DNA from: Octopus vulgaris
Lineage: Eukaryota
NCBI GenBank assembly: GCA_951406725.2
Contig: OX597819.1
Span: 51,398,001 to 51,462,000, forward strand
DNA length: 64,000 nt
Direction: 5' to 3'
Part shown: in pieces, positions 29,299 through 44,011 of the stretch
Numbering within the stretch: position 1 is the stretch's first letter
Layout: each line of letters begins with the position of its first letter
The notes under the pieces: generated by a model
The model's input: the letters and a program-made list of their open reading frames with translations, nothing else
Database searches by the model: none
What the model was told of the DNA's origin: nothing
Position numbers and translations under genes: made by a program

Positions 29299-29333
29299 GT
29301 TTAACGTTTCGAGCGGAGCTCTTCGTCGGAAAC
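29299..29333 (-). ncRNA. Minimal hammerhead motif (CCGACGA core) in a ~220-bp element within (TA)n
   Basis: Minus strand: gttt-CCGACGA-a-gagc tcc gctc-GAAA-cg-TT-aaac. Confidence 0.7.
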
Positions 29334-29439
29334 AAAGGAGGAGGAAAGATCCCGAGAAGGGAAGACAGAGGAAAAAAATATTTTTGCTGGTGGTGCTCAA
29401 GAGATCACGAGATCACAAGGTATATATATATATACCAAA

Positions 29440-29507
<68 letters not shown>

Positions 29508-29512
<5 letters not shown>

Positions 29513-29660
29513 TAAAAACGGTAAGATAACAAAAGAAAGAAAGATACCTCAATATTATGTAAATAGAGGAAATTTATCTATAAAATAATATATTACAATT
29601 ACTCAATAGTCAAGATAAAACTCTGAGTTTCAGATGCCGAAGTGGAAATCCACAACACCA
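29508..29660 (-). mobile_element. Truncated copy of the PLE pseudo-LTR family at 61961-62380, with the 3' half of the hammerhead
   Basis: Its reverse complement aligns with ~62240-62380 and retains GAAA-ctcagag-TT-ttatc. Confidence 0.7.
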
Positions 29661-30162
29661 TGAAAACGCTATGAAAAAATACCGTTATATAAAGGGAAAT
29701 TACTGTGTTATAATTCTGCTACTTATATAAAATAAGATTAAAATTTCCTAGTAAACACGTAAACATGGCTAGTCATACGCTCACATGTGCGCTCGCGGAC
29801 TCACGTGCGTGCTTATACGTAACTATGAAAACGTACACATCTTCACTCGCATTTTTCGCCAAATATATACGCATATATATACAAACTCATACACACACAT
29901 AGCGTACCATAAAAGTTCATACATCCGTCTATATACGCACAAGCACAAGATAAACCATGGTTAAAGGTAACAGAAAAAAACATAAGGAAGTATACAAAGC
30001 ATAAAAACCACTTTCATATACGGACATGCCCTTATGCAATCATACACACACACGCCCATATATGTACATACCCGCACATGTTTATATACGCATACACACA
30101 CACGCATATACAAAAATTGAATATACATATGCCCCCCCCACATACATATGAATATACATATT

Positions 30163-30228
<66 letters not shown>

Positions 30229-30257
30229 GTATGCTTGCGTGCCTATCTACGCTTGTA

Positions 30258-31152
30258 GGATGGGGTGCCCAAAAGTAATTGAAAACGTTCTCTGTGGGAC
30301 AAACTAGTGGTAGTTCAGGCTTCCGCCGCTAGAAACCACTTGATGCGAGCCTAATGCGTCAGTCTGCCGACAAGCGTTCTACAGTGAAGTCCTGCTGCCA
30401 CGTAGTGCGTCTTTGTTTTGGAGTGCTTCTCTCTTATTCGTCGATTTTTGCGATGGCTGAAACGAAGGAACAGCGTGCTTCCGTGAAATTCTGTTTTCTG
30501 CTGGGGGTAAACGGCGGTCGAAACAGTTGTCATGCTTCAAACAGCTTACAACGACGTTGCCATAAACAAAACACAATCTTACGAGTGGCTTTCACGCTTT
30601 AGGAAGAGACAATTGTCGTTTGAAGACCAACCTCGTTCAGGACGACCGTTGACCTTCTGAAGGAATGAAAACATCATGAAAGTTCATGAACTGGTTTTAG
30701 AGGGCCGTCTCTGAACAATTGATGAACTTGTTGATATGATTGGTGTGACCTGAAGCTCCTGCCGACGTATTTGGAGCGAGGAATTGCGAACGAAAAGAGT
30801 TGCGGTAAAATTTGTGCTTCGCCTGCTAGCGGGAGATCAAAAGCGTGTCGTGAACTGAAAGAACAGTTGGAAGTTGATCCGGACCTTTTTCGACGACCAT
30901 CACCGATGATAATAACTGGTACTTCGGAATTTACGGATATAGAGAAGATGAAGAAAAAAAAAACGATGGAGGCGTTGAAAGACATCACTTCGCAAAAGTA
31001 CCAGCACTGCTTCGAACAGTTAAAAACGCCTCTGGACCGATGTGCATTGCTTCAAATGAAGAATACTTTGAAGGTGAGAAAAGTGTAAACATGTAAAACT
31101 AAGTGAATAAAATAACATTGCAAAATTCCGGTTTCTTTTGGGTACCCCCTTG
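30258..31152 (+). mobile_element. Mariner-like element, internally deleted
   Basis: TA-flanked TIRs GGGGTGCCCAAAAG and CTTTTGGGTACCCCC. Frameshifted peptides EQRASVKFCFLLG, EDQPRSGRP and IITG jump to C-terminal CFEQLK..LDRCIASNEEYFEG. The DD34D core is absent. Confidence 0.9.
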
Positions 31153-31210
<58 letters not shown>

Positions 31211-31973
31211 TACACGTACACACGTACACACATATACACACGCGTACACATATATATGAATATATATGTATATAAATATACACACACACATATCCACAAA
31301 CAGATATAAATAGATGTGTATATAACACAATTGCTTCTGAGTGCGTATATACACGTACACACGTAAGTATGCATCTCTGCGTTCTTCTACCATACAATTG
31401 GCCGTATCAACACGTTATTCGCTCATTGTTTTATATTATTCATTGCGGAAATAATTAAATCTCTTCAGCTAAATAAATACCCTTAATCTCTGATACTTTG
31501 ATCTGGAAAGGATTAACTAACATCTTAGAAATAAGGAAAGATTAAACAAAAGGAAATTCATTAATCCCTTTATATACTCCCGCCGGTCTGCGTTTTGTAA
31601 AGCCAAAATCTCGTACAATATTTAATGCGTTGTCTTACATGATAATCTGGATTAATCTGGTGTTGCTTATCTTTGCTGTTTGGTAGCTGTCTTAATTTTG
31701 TTACTGCCTTTTTTCTTCCTTTTTTTTTTTTGTTTTGTTTTGCGGGGCTTCTTTCAGAAAGTAAAGTGAAATAAATTTTCTCCCAGCATTAATAAATATT
31801 TTGCTTTTTAGATGTTTATTACAAAAAGCTACAGTTTGCGCTGCTTTTCTTGCAAAAATATTGCCTTTTCATAAAATTCACAATCATTAATTAAATATTT
31901 AAGTGAGCTTTAAAATTTCCAAGAATTTTCTTCCTTTAAGACATTGGGCTTGCAAGAACACTTAGTCCACCTA

Positions 31974-32556
31974 GGTGGCGAGCTGGCAGAATCGTTAGCA
32001 CGCCGGGCGAAATGCTTAGCGGTATTTCGTCTGTCGCTACGTTCTGAGTTCAAATTCCCCCGAGGTCGGTTTTGCCTTTCATCCTTTCGAGGTCGATAAA
32101 TTAAGTACCAGTTACGCTCTGGGTCGATGTAACCGACTTCGTCCGTTTGTCTGTCCTTCTTTGTTCCCTTCTGTGTTTAGCCCCTTGTGGGTAGTAAAGA
32201 AATAGAAATAGGTATTTCGTCTGCCTTTACATTTTGAGTTCAAATTCGGCCGAGGTCGACTTTGCCTTTCATCCTTTCATTATCGATAAATTAAGTATCA
32301 GTTGCGTACTGAGGTCGATCTAAACGACTGGCCCCCTCCAGTCCTAGTGTAGAAAAGAAAAAGAATACTTAGCTCAGCTGGAAAAACGCTTAGCGGTAAT
32401 TCGTTCGTCTTTACGCTCTGAGTTCAAATTCGGCCTTGGTCGACTTTTCCTTTAATCCTTTCGAGGTCGATCATTTAGGTACCAGCATATTACTGGGTCG
32501 TGTAACTAACTTTGACCCACCTCTCCTGAAATTGTTGGCCTTTTGCCAAAATTTTA
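31974..32556 (+). mobile_element. SINE family B, head plus repeated bodies
   Basis: Head GGTGGCGAGCTGGCAGAATCGTTAGCACGCCGGG. The body restarts at GAAATAGGTATTTCGTCTG (~32211). Confidence 0.85.
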
Positions 32557-32745
32557 AATATTTTTCTTTCTTTTTTGTTGTTTTTTTTTCATTGTGTTAG
32601 AATCCGGGTATTTAGAAATTGGAAATAATTTAAAATTAAGTAAATTCATTCGTACATATGTCACTATAAGTCTGCTTAACCGAATTTTTCTAATTAAATG
32701 TGATTTCTGCGCGGAGTCATTTTTTCTTCTTTTTTATTTTCTTTT

Positions 32746-33128
32746 ATTACCTCCGCCTTCGCTAAGGCGGAGATATTGTTTTCAGTTGTATTTGATTGTG
32801 TGTTTGTTTCTTTGTTTGTTTGTCCGTGGACAAGATATCTTAAGAACCGCTGGATGAATTCGGATGAAACTTTCAGGGATGTTTGGCCTCGTAACTGGCA
32901 TGAACTGATTAGATTTTCGGATCGATCCCGTACTGGACAAGGATACTGAATTATTTTTCCTGTTTTGTACTTAATTTTTGAGAGCGGTCGCGTTTATTTT
33001 TAGTATTCTCGTTTGTGAGAGCAGTCGAGTTTTCAGATATTCTCATTTTAAAAATCATCTCTGGCTAATCGTTGAGAGGACGTTGGTATTGCTTTGACGG
33101 AGGTTTGCGCCCTCTGAATGTTCTTGTT
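32746..33128 (+). mobile_element. Helentron-associated non-autonomous element (HINE/DINE-1-like)
   Basis: 5' ATTACCTCCGCC with adjacent inverted copy GGCGGAGAT, a (GTTT)n tract, 3' subTIR GACGGAGGT and a terminal hairpin remnant. T-rich insertion site. Confidence 0.75.
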
Positions 33129-33616
33129 ATTATATAAGTGTGATTCCGATGTGCCAGATGTAGTTTTTCCAGACTTCCACAATACGTCATTACATAAATT
33201 AAATTCTGAGATTTGCAAGTAAACCTCCCTTTTATTTGAAAGCTGTTTTCATCCTTAAACTGGAATTCTGCTACTTTGGTCAAATAAAAGAATTTAGAAA
33301 AACTTGGTCTTGTGTATTTTGTAACTGTGAGATGAGAATCTTCTTTATGAAATTTTGTCCCACTTAGTATTTTTTTAATACCATGGGTTCAATTTTGTCT
33401 TTCATGATAATTTACTTGGTTTTTCAGCTATGCTGGAGCATCGTCTCGATGAGTTTAAACGAGCATATCGATTCTGGCATTTTTTTCTAAAATCGGGTGC
33501 ATATATAATTTCCTCCATTTCTTTTGGTGAACTGGAACGTTAGTGTCTTTTAATTGTTTGGTCTTTGAATTGGCTATATATATACATATATATATATTAC
33601 ATACATATATATGTAC

Positions 33617-33751
<135 letters not shown>

Positions 33752-34399
33752 TATGCATGTATATATAGTAAAGATTATACACCAACATAATGTGGCACTC
33801 CTGATTTGGACGAATGACACCATAGTCGTTGTCCTCCCCTCTTCTTCATCATCATCATCACCACTACCACCACCACCACCACCATGATGATGATGATCAT
33901 CATCATCAACTTCATTACCATCACATCCTTATCATTTTCATCATCGTCGTCGTCGTCGTAGTCATAATGACAACGATAGACAAATGAACGTAAAACAGAC
34001 AAGATTCATACATTCTATAAAAAAAAATGAACATAAACATAAAACAACAAAATAAATTAAAATAAAATAAAACAATAATATAAAATAACAAGATCTTCAA
34101 ATGAAGTAAAAAATAAAAGATAAACACAAATGAAAAAAATAAATAATTAAACAAATATTAAATAGATAAATAAATAAGGAAATTAGAGTAAGTGTTGTAG
34201 GAAGTAATCGTCCGAGATTGAAGAAATCAAAGTCACGATCTAATACATGAGGTAGATAATTAGATATGTACTGCGATCATTGTTTAGGAATCAAATATTC
34301 AGAATGAGGATAGTCCAACAGTGAAATTTCGAACACAAAGAATAAAAGAATAAAGGAATAAGAGAATTAAAGAAGAAAACACACTGTTACAAACGTACA

Positions 34400-34463
<64 letters not shown>

Positions 34464-34726
34464 TGTATGTATGTATGTATGTATGTATGTATATATCTAT
34501 ATATCCCTCTAAGGCGGCGAGCTGGCAGAAACGTTAGCACGATGGGCGAAAAATGCTTAGCGCTATTTCGCCTGTCCTTACGTTCTGAGTTCAAATTCCG
34601 CCGAGGTCGTCTTTGCCTTTCATCCTCTCGGGCTCGATAAATTAAACACCAGTTTGCGTACTAGGGTCGATCTAATCGACTAGCTCCCTCCCTAAAATTT
34701 TCGGGCCTTGTGCCTAGAGTAGAAAC

Positions 34727-34801
<75 letters not shown>

Positions 34802-34842
34802 AACATACATACAAACATTCACGCGCAGGCACACACACACGT

Positions 34843-34930
<88 letters not shown>

Positions 34931-35075
34931 ACACATGTATATATACGTATCCATACATACGCACATGCACATTCATACATACATATCTACATATATACAC
35001 AAAAAAAAACATTCATGAAACACGTACATGAAAAACTACAAAAACGAAACTACAAAAACCAACAACAACAATAAC

Positions 35076-35147
<72 letters not shown>

Positions 35148-35293
35148 TTAATGAATAAAATGAATTAAAAGGATGAAAAACAAAGGAAGCACTATAAAGA
35201 TAAAAATAAAAATAATGGTTCTTTGGCTCAACTCCAGCGTTCTTTCAATTTATTCTAGTCATGTAATGATTGGTAATTACAGAACAGAGGTAA

Positions 35294-35341
<48 letters not shown>

Positions 35342-35868
35342 ATGTTGATGACGATGATGATAATGCGGATGATGATGATAATGATGGTGAGGAAGATGAT
35401 GATGATGAGGAGGAGGAGGAAGTGAAAGAGGAGAGGGGATGAAGATGGTAAAATTTTACAACAGCAACGACACTACACTACCACCACCACCACCACCACA
35501 ATCACCAACGACAGCAATACTAACAACAACAACAAAATGAAAAAAGAAAAAAATCGATGATGATGATGATGATGATGACGACGATAGTGATAGATAACGA
35601 TAAATAACAGTAAATGAGAACGAGAAAGATAAGGACAACGGCGATGACGACGACGGCGACGTTGATGATGATGATGATGATGATGATGATGACAATGATG
35701 GTGATAAAGAAACACAAAATAAATAAGAAAGAAAAGAAAAAAATGTATATATATAAGACATCAATCATAGAATACTGTTTAAATTAAGTATTGATCTGTA
35801 CTCACGTGTGTACGTATGTGTATATGTATACACATACACATACATATATATGTATACATACATATATG

Positions 35869-35924
<56 letters not shown>

Positions 35925-35998
35925 CATATATATGTATACATATATATATGTATGTATATATATACACATACATATATATATGTATATATATACATATT

Positions 35999-36037
<39 letters not shown>

Positions 36038-36148
36038 GCACAAAGTCACATATATATATATGTATGTATATATATATACTTCGGATATGAAGATACGCCT
36101 GTATATATGTTTTTGTAACATATGTATATACATATATATATGTATGTT

Positions 36149-36215
<67 letters not shown>

Positions 36216-37427
36216 TTATATTTATTTATTTATTTATTTATATATATATATATACGCACATGCACACACTCAGATATATACGTATGTGCGTATATGTGTT
36301 TGTGTATGTGCCCCCTGCGTATCTGTTGTGTACGCGTGTATTCACACTAATACGTATGTACATATACTCTATGGGCTATCTGAATGAAACGGGTGCAATA
36401 AGTGTAAACAGAACTAAACATTTAATTAAGACTTAATAATTAGAATAAAGCTGTGGTTCGATTTATGGTAAATCTATCGTGCAGACAGAGAAAGATAGAG
36501 ATGGAGAGAAAGGAGGAGACTCTATGCATTGAGTGAAGTTGAAGTGAGACAACGAGATTAAGGTACGTGAAGCGAAATTAGAGCAGAAGAGAACGAGCTA
36601 TAGGGGAACTGGAGAAGAAGTTGCCAGACACTCCGGCGGTTGCGGCGACGAAGGTTTTAGTTGTTTCTATCAGCGGAACAGCCTGTTCGTGAAATTAATG
36701 TGCCGGTGGCTGAGTACTCCAGGGAGATTTGGAGTGATACAGAATGGAATAAGGCTGACCCTTTGAAATACAGATACAACTCATTTTTGCTGGATGAATG
36801 AATTGGAGCAACGTGAACTAAAGTGCGTTGCTCATGGGACACTACGTGCCTCCGTGAACCAGATTCATAACTTAAAAGACTGTGAGGTGGATACCCCAAC
36901 CACTAAGCTACGTCCCTTCACCTGAAGGAATTACAGAAAATGGTAGAAATAATGGTTTCTATATTTTGGTACGAGGCCATCAATTTTAAATGCAAGGTAC
37001 TTTATTTCACATTGCTCCGGTGCACTCAGCTGGCAACAATGGGTGGTACCTGTAATTCAAAAGGGCCAGCCTTGTCGGATTCTGTGTCACGCTGAAACTC
37101 CCCGAGAACTACGTCAAGGGTACATGTGTCTACGGAGGGCTCAGCCATTTTGTACGTCAATTTCCATGTGCAGGTTGTTTCGTTCATCGAGTGGAGCACT
37201 CGTAGTTCTAAGCGACGGAGAGCCAGTCATATACGCATATTTGTTAACGGTTATTGTTAATGCTTTTCTCACTGTATCGCGCATTCGCTTCTTTTCTGCA
37301 TCTGTGATTTTATTTTTGACCTTCTATATAAATGAAGATATTTCCTTTGTTTTGCTGCTTTGCTTTTTCTTTCTGCTAAACGAGAAGATACATTGCGGAA
37401 CTTTTATTTTAACGAATAATATCTATT

Positions 37428-37513
37428 CATCACCCGATGAGACACATCTGCAGCGCCGGATGTTCCTGAACCAGTTGTTAAGTGTCCCACCCGTGAGGAA
37501 TCGATGGTAGATG
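37428..37513 (+). ncRNA. Degenerate hammerhead-like motif
   Basis: catc-ac-CCGATGA-gacac...gtgtc...GAAt-cgatgg-TA-gatg. GAAA and the palindrome each carry one change. Confidence 0.35.
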
Positions 37514-37574
37514 CGTTGAAGCAATAGTGATTAATAATAAATCCTCCAATATTCCATCCTCCGCCTTTCATTTA

Positions 37575-37660
<86 letters not shown>

Positions 37661-38322
37661 TGGACTCTCACATCGAAGACGATGAATGAGGGTTCAGCAA
37701 ATAACCTTCAACAATTCCTAAGCCTTGTGACACCCAAGAGCAAGTAAGCAATGTTTAGGTCTTTTTTTTTTTTAGATCCCTCCCCATGAAGAGGAAAGCA
37801 GTGCCATCCTGAAAAGGGCTGCTTTGTTATGAAAGGAGGACACAAGTCACATATTTACTTGCGAGTGTTGTGCAAAACGGCCATCTACCTTCCACCACCT
37901 ATGCGCAATGTTCATGTTAGGAACTACGAGTGACATCCTTCACCTGTTCCCGTCACAATCCCATCATCGCCATAGGATTTAATAATTAAAAAACCACACA
38001 TCGATGCGTCAAATCTCAGGTGTTATTGAGTGAAAATGGTTTACTGAACAACCGGCACTTTGACTTGTTTAAAGTGGTCATTGCTTGTGCTGAACAAAGC
38101 ACACTCTCTCCATCGAATTAACGTGGTCTGTACAGGTGCAGATGATAAAACGATCTGCCACACGTCAGATGATAAAACGATCGCAGGATTTTCTTGTAAG
38201 AGTGCTCCGTCTCCTAGATCAGTTGTGAGACTCAACACGAAAGGGTCTGATCCACCCTGGTAGGCTTTCTGCGCGCCTGGGCACCATCCCAGGTATTTCT
38301 AGGTCCTCGCGCAAATATATAT

Positions 38323-38458
<136 letters not shown>

Positions 38459-38656
38459 AGCAGAAGCAACAATGTGACTCAAGGTCCGTGAGTTACTCTG
38501 TTGCTTCTGCCTAATATCAATAAGAAATATACACATACTCATATTTTGAATTCTATTTTCTTGTTTACACCAACTTATTTAAGCAATGTGTGTCACTTTG
38601 AAAAGTATATATTTCAAACAAGAATTTAGTGTCACCATCTCTAGTCAAGTAGGTAT

Positions 38657-38698
38657 TGTGCACTGATGAAGGAGAATAACCTAGAAACCATTAGTACA
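38657..38698 (+). ncRNA. Minimal hammerhead motif, partly degenerate
   Basis: tgtgc-a-CTGATGA-agg agaataa cct-a-GAAA-ccat-TA-gtaca. Confidence 0.5.
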
Positions 38699-41249
38699 CA
38701 GATATTGTTTTGAGCTGAGTGGGGACACTAAGCTCCCTTGTTCGAAAATATAAAGACGCAGAGAGAGCATTGATAACCAGCTGGAGACGATGTTTTCTGG
38801 GGCTATATAACAGTAACATTTCTCCTAACCAAGACTGCCGCATTATGTTGGCGTATAATCTTTACTCTAGGGTGTTGGTATTGAATGTTTCTCATTCAGA
38901 GATTTCGAAATAATTTTTCTCTTTATGAGATCAGTGGCTGTGTGTTACTTTGAAAAGCGACAATAATGATGACGATGATTATGATGAGCAGGAGGATGAG
39001 GATGAGGATGACAACGACGACGACAATGACGACGATGATGACGATGTCGATAATGATTAAAATGATGATGATGATGCTGAATATATTATTATTTTTTGTT
39101 GTTGTTGTTGCTGATAATGTTATTACTATCATTACATTGTCGTCATTGCTGTTGTTTGTGAAGAACGGACATGTGTAACACAGCCCCAGAGAATAATTGG
39201 ATTTAGCACGTTTAATTTGATGGAGAAAGAATTTGTTCTTTTGCTTCCTGCATTTTTGTGGAGATGGAGACGCCTTTTACGAACAAACGACAAGAAACTT
39301 ATGAGCGTTGATGTCATTAGCCTGTGATGGGAAAATAAGGTTTGTCCTTGAACATTTATATATTCTATATTTTGGTTAACATTGTTTTCTAGTAATATAA
39401 TATACGTATTCTTCTGAAGGAATGGGACAAGACGATAATTTGAATTGTGGTAGGAAAGAATACGCCCACCACAATTTTGAAAATGCATAAGAAAATTTGG
39501 TTGACAAAAACGCAGATTTTCTAAAGAACCTCAGATAAAATTTTGACTACTGAAGTAGACACAGTTATGAGCATACACGTTCACACTTAAACAAAAACAA
39601 TTAAAAGGGTAACGATAGCTTAAATAAGTTTAATAACCAAGGCAACAGCCACAGCTTTGCTAGCGTTGAAGCTCTGAACACATTCCAGAAAACGAAAGAA
39701 TGTGTAAGGAAAACGTATGAGTAAAGTCATTGACTCTTTGTCCAACGAATTAAACGATAACTGTATTAGGAAAAAGATATAATTCTGTCTTATTTAAAAA
39801 AAAATGGTGTCTCCCTATATGCACTCGAAGAAAGAGACAGAGGAATCATTGGCAAATATATGCCGCGAAGGGTGTTTAATTGACTGGGGTTAGTGTATAT
39901 AAACATGTATGCTTTCATATATAGGGTTGAGTACGAGAGAAAGAAATAAGCGGAGTCGATGTACCTCACACCTACCCACAAGCTAGTATCACAAAAAATA
40001 TATTATTGCCATTTTACGTAACGGTACGAACATGTGCACAGAGTGTGATAGATAAAGTCTGCATGGGTTTCCGTGTTTTAGTGATCTGTGATGACCACAA
40101 ATCTTGGAGTCATAACTACATCAAAGGATCGAAGCTGAAGAAAACAAAAATTATGGTGCAAGGAAATAAAAGAAAAACAACCCAGTTGCTACACGTGGTT
40201 GCAAAGGATACCTGAGGGCTTTTCTGTCTGTCTAATTAAAGAAAATAAATAGGAAGAAAATGGCCATACACAAGATCAGCGGCAGTTTCATCAACAACAA
40301 CAGACCCTAGAAGTGAAGACTATGTCTGCTGCTACCACTGTTTTCAAAGCACGGCTAGTCGCAGTTCTGAGAATAGCCAGAGTAGAAACAAATGCATTCG
40401 CCTCATTTTCAGGGCCACTAGTACGAGGAATTGAAGACGAACGAGAATCTGAAGAGTCCGGCAGAGAATCGACAGCAGGTCACAAGCATTAATGCGAGCC
40501 CTCTGACTTGCGGTGGAGGGAAATAACCTGAGATTGAAGAAGAGTTGGAAACAATAAAGGACGATCAGATAATAGAAGATTAAAATGCATTGATCCCAAG
40601 TTAACAAATAAATTTATCAAAATGGACAGTTAAGCAGCTGAAAGACCCTCCTTAATTGGCTCGTATGCCTACGGTGTACATAAACTTTACGGCGATTCAA
40701 TGGGTGAATATTACCCTAGTTAGTATTAAGATCAAGCAAACAGACGACTAATCAAATACAGGGGCATCGGATGAGGAAAAGAGCAAGTGATAGGCATATT
40801 TGACTGAAAGATGGTTTATGAAAATCACGCCTGCAATCTACGCAGTTAAGGAACATGACCCCTGGGAATGTGTGAGCCCTTCATAGTACTGTTAATGACA
40901 TACAAGTTGATGCGCAATTCCGTGGCAGTTTGCTGAAGATAATCAGAGGAGAGGGTGTTAAAACTGTGGGCCTCCCTGATTCTATTGAGATTGATGGTGC
41001 TTATTATTAAAGTGGCGAACTGGCAGAATCGTTAGCGCGCCGGGAAATATGATTAGCGGTATTTCATCCGTCCTTAAGTTCTGAGTTCAAATTCCGCCGT
41101 GGTCCACTTTGCCTTATCATCCCTCCAGGGACAATAAAATAAGCACCAATTGAATACTGTAATCGACTCATCCCTCCTACCAAATTGCTGCCCTTGTAAC
41201 AAAATTTGAAACCATTATTATTATTATTATTTATTATTATTATTATTAT

Positions 41250-41282
<33 letters not shown>

Positions 41283-41287
41283 CAGTA

Positions 41288-41535
41288 TTGCCTTTACACA
41301 GTTTCTAACGCTGGAGATGTACTACGGTGTCAGCTGTTCACTACCAGTGAACCAAGGTAACACCTCTTATTTTTCGAGCACCTTCTGGAGTATTCGAGCA
41401 GTTCCAAGCAGTACTATTTTCTGCAAGTGCTCCACTCTTATTGCAGCCCCAATTTGTCCCACGTACTTCTCGAGATTTTTGCTCACTGTTCCCAGGGCTC
41501 CGACAATTATTGGTACTATTGCTACCATACTCATA
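41288..41535 (-). mobile_element. R4/Dong-like RLE retrotransposon 3' fragment
   Basis: VPIIVGALGTVSKNLEKYV...LQKIVLLGTARILQKVLEK*, then a short UTR running into TAC/TAA repeats. Confidence 0.8.
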
Positions 41536-41854
41536 AGTAATATAAATGTCCTAAATTCAGCGACGACGTTAATGAAGATGTTACTTATCTTTATTGATGT
41601 ATATCGTATTATACATAGATATATATACAAGATTTATACAAATATAAGAGTTAGAACTTGTGATCCGCCTACGGACCTTTATCTTTGGAAATTTTTGTCC
41701 ACCACACTAAAACGTTTCCCCAACCCTGCTTTACACGCACTATATGTAAAACCAAAGTCCTTTGTGTTGTATGGACCTTTGTTTTTGTGTGCGGTCTTTG
41801 TGGCTAATAAAGGGCTTTATTATTATTATTATTATTGTTATTATTATTATTATT

Positions 41855-41923
<69 letters not shown>

Positions 41924-42173
41924 ATTATCATTATCATTATAAGGCGGCGAGCATAAGCTAGCAGAATCGTTAGCACCCCGGGCGAAATGCTTAGGAGCAT
42001 TTCGTCCCGTCTTCACGTTTTGAGTTCAAATTCCACCGAGGTCGACTTTGCCTTTAATCCTTACGGGGATCGATAAAATAAGTACCAGTTGAGTACCTGG
42101 GTCGAATAGTAATCGAATAGTCCTCGCCCCCAAACTTGCTGGCTTTGTGCATTGTGCAAAAATTCGAAAGCTT

Positions 42174-42225
<52 letters not shown>

Positions 42226-42262
42226 GCTGCTACTACTACTACTACTACTACTATTACTGCTG

Positions 42263-42304
<42 letters not shown>

Positions 42305-42429
42305 TAACTATTTATCATTGCTAATATTAATACATATCATCAACATCAGCTATCACTATCACCATCATCATCATCATCATCATCACCACCATCATCATCA
42401 CCATCATCATCATCACCACCATCATCATC

Positions 42430-42460
<31 letters not shown>

Positions 42461-42467
42461 CCACCAC

Positions 42468-42570
<103 letters not shown>

Positions 42571-42858
42571 GTCGTCGTCGCTGTCGTCGTCATCGTCATC
42601 ATCAATTTCTAAATATATTTCACTTACCTCCGATTATATTCCATTAGATTTTGTTTTAATCTCTTTACCGCCATTCTCTGTTCATTTCCTCTGATATTTG
42701 TTTGTCATTTCTTTCACAGCTTTATTGTTATTTTTGTTATTTTGTTGTTTGCTCGATATTATAATTGTTGTTGTTGTTGTTGTTGTTGCTTTCGTTAACT
42801 TGTTTTCTTTGATTGCTTTTTTTGCTTCTTGCTTCTGTTGCCGTAGGTTCTTGGGTCA

Positions 42859-42892
<34 letters not shown>

Positions 42893-43473
42893 ACCTCCTT
42901 CGTCTCCTGCCTCGCTTTCGCTTTCTCTCTCAGTCTCTGTCTATCTGTCTCTCTTTCTCTCTCTCTCTCTCTCTCACTCTGTATGTGCATATACTGTACC
43001 TGTGTGTGCGTGTGTTTATACGTGTGTGTGTGTTTATACGTGCGTGTGTGTTTATACGTGTGTGTGTGTTTATATGTGTGTGTGTGTGTTTATACGTGTG
43101 CGCGTATATGTGTATATGCGTGTGTCTGTAACGTGTGTGTGTGCGCGTGTGTGTGTGTGTACGTATGCGTGTACGTGGGTGTGCACGCGCGTATATATAT
43201 ATGTGTGTGTATGCGTGTGTTTTGTATGTCCTACGAATCAATTATTTGGGTGTTTACAGGAAAATAATGCAATTATGAAAATAAAGAAAGGAAAAAGGAA
43301 AGAAAGAAAGATACAAATGAAGAAAATAAAGAAATATCTTTCTATTGAAATTTCTGGCAGGAATCAAATGAAGAGGTGTAAACAAACAGAAGAATTTGTT
43401 GATCGATTTTCGCTTCGATAGATTTCACGCTAGTACACAATTACACCTGTGATTTACTATTATTTCCGTTCAG

Positions 43474-43525
43474 GAATGATAACATTTTACGACATAAACA
43501 TCTTGATCAAGATCGAGCTCAACAG
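43474..43525 (+). CDS. Candidate 52-nt internal exon of an unidentified host gene
   Basis: Acceptor tatttccgttcAG and donor CAG|GTGGTT in non-repetitive sequence. Two frames are open (NDNILRHKHLDQDRAQQ or MITFYDINILIKIELN). Confidence 0.4.
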
Positions 43526-43983
43526 GTGGTTGGGCGGTTGACCGGTTGACCGGTTGGGCGGTTGACCGGTTGACCGGTTGGCTGGTCGGCCGCTAGTTCG
43601 GTTGGCCGGTTGGCCGGTTGACCGGTTGGCTGGCCGGCCGATTGTTCGGTTGGCCGGTTGACCGGTTGACCGGTTGGTTGGTTGGCCGGTTGGCTGGTTG
43701 ACCAAATAGCCAGTTGGCCGATCGGTCGGTTGGCCAGTAGCCCGGTAGACCGGTTGGCCAGTTGACCGGTTGGGCGATTGACCGGTTGGTTGGTCGGCCG
43801 ATAGTTCGGTGGGCAGGTGGGCTGATTGGCCGGTTGACCGGTTGACCAGTTGCGTGGTTGGCCGGTTGGTCAAATAGCCGTTTGGCTGTTTGTCCAAATA
43901 GCCGGTTGGCCGGTCGGTCGCTTAGCCAGTAGCCCGGTAGACCGGTTGGCCAGTTGACCGGTTGGCCGGTTAACCGGTTGGCC
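43526..43983. repeat. GC/CpG-rich satellite of CCGGTTGR octamers with a higher-order duplication
   Basis: GACCGGTT/GGCCGGTT units; the block at ~43701-43772 recurs at ~43894-43964. Confidence 0.9.
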
Positions 43984-44011
43984 TCACCACTACGAAATAT
44001 CTATCGTTCTA

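Noticed and set aside
37660-38312. Possible RTE-type LINE 5' UTR on the minus strand
   Set aside because: Only a vague motif resemblance and no recognisable coding remnant.
43487-43897. 136-aa minus ORF with NRSTGQP repeats
   Set aside because: It is a by-product of the octamer satellite.
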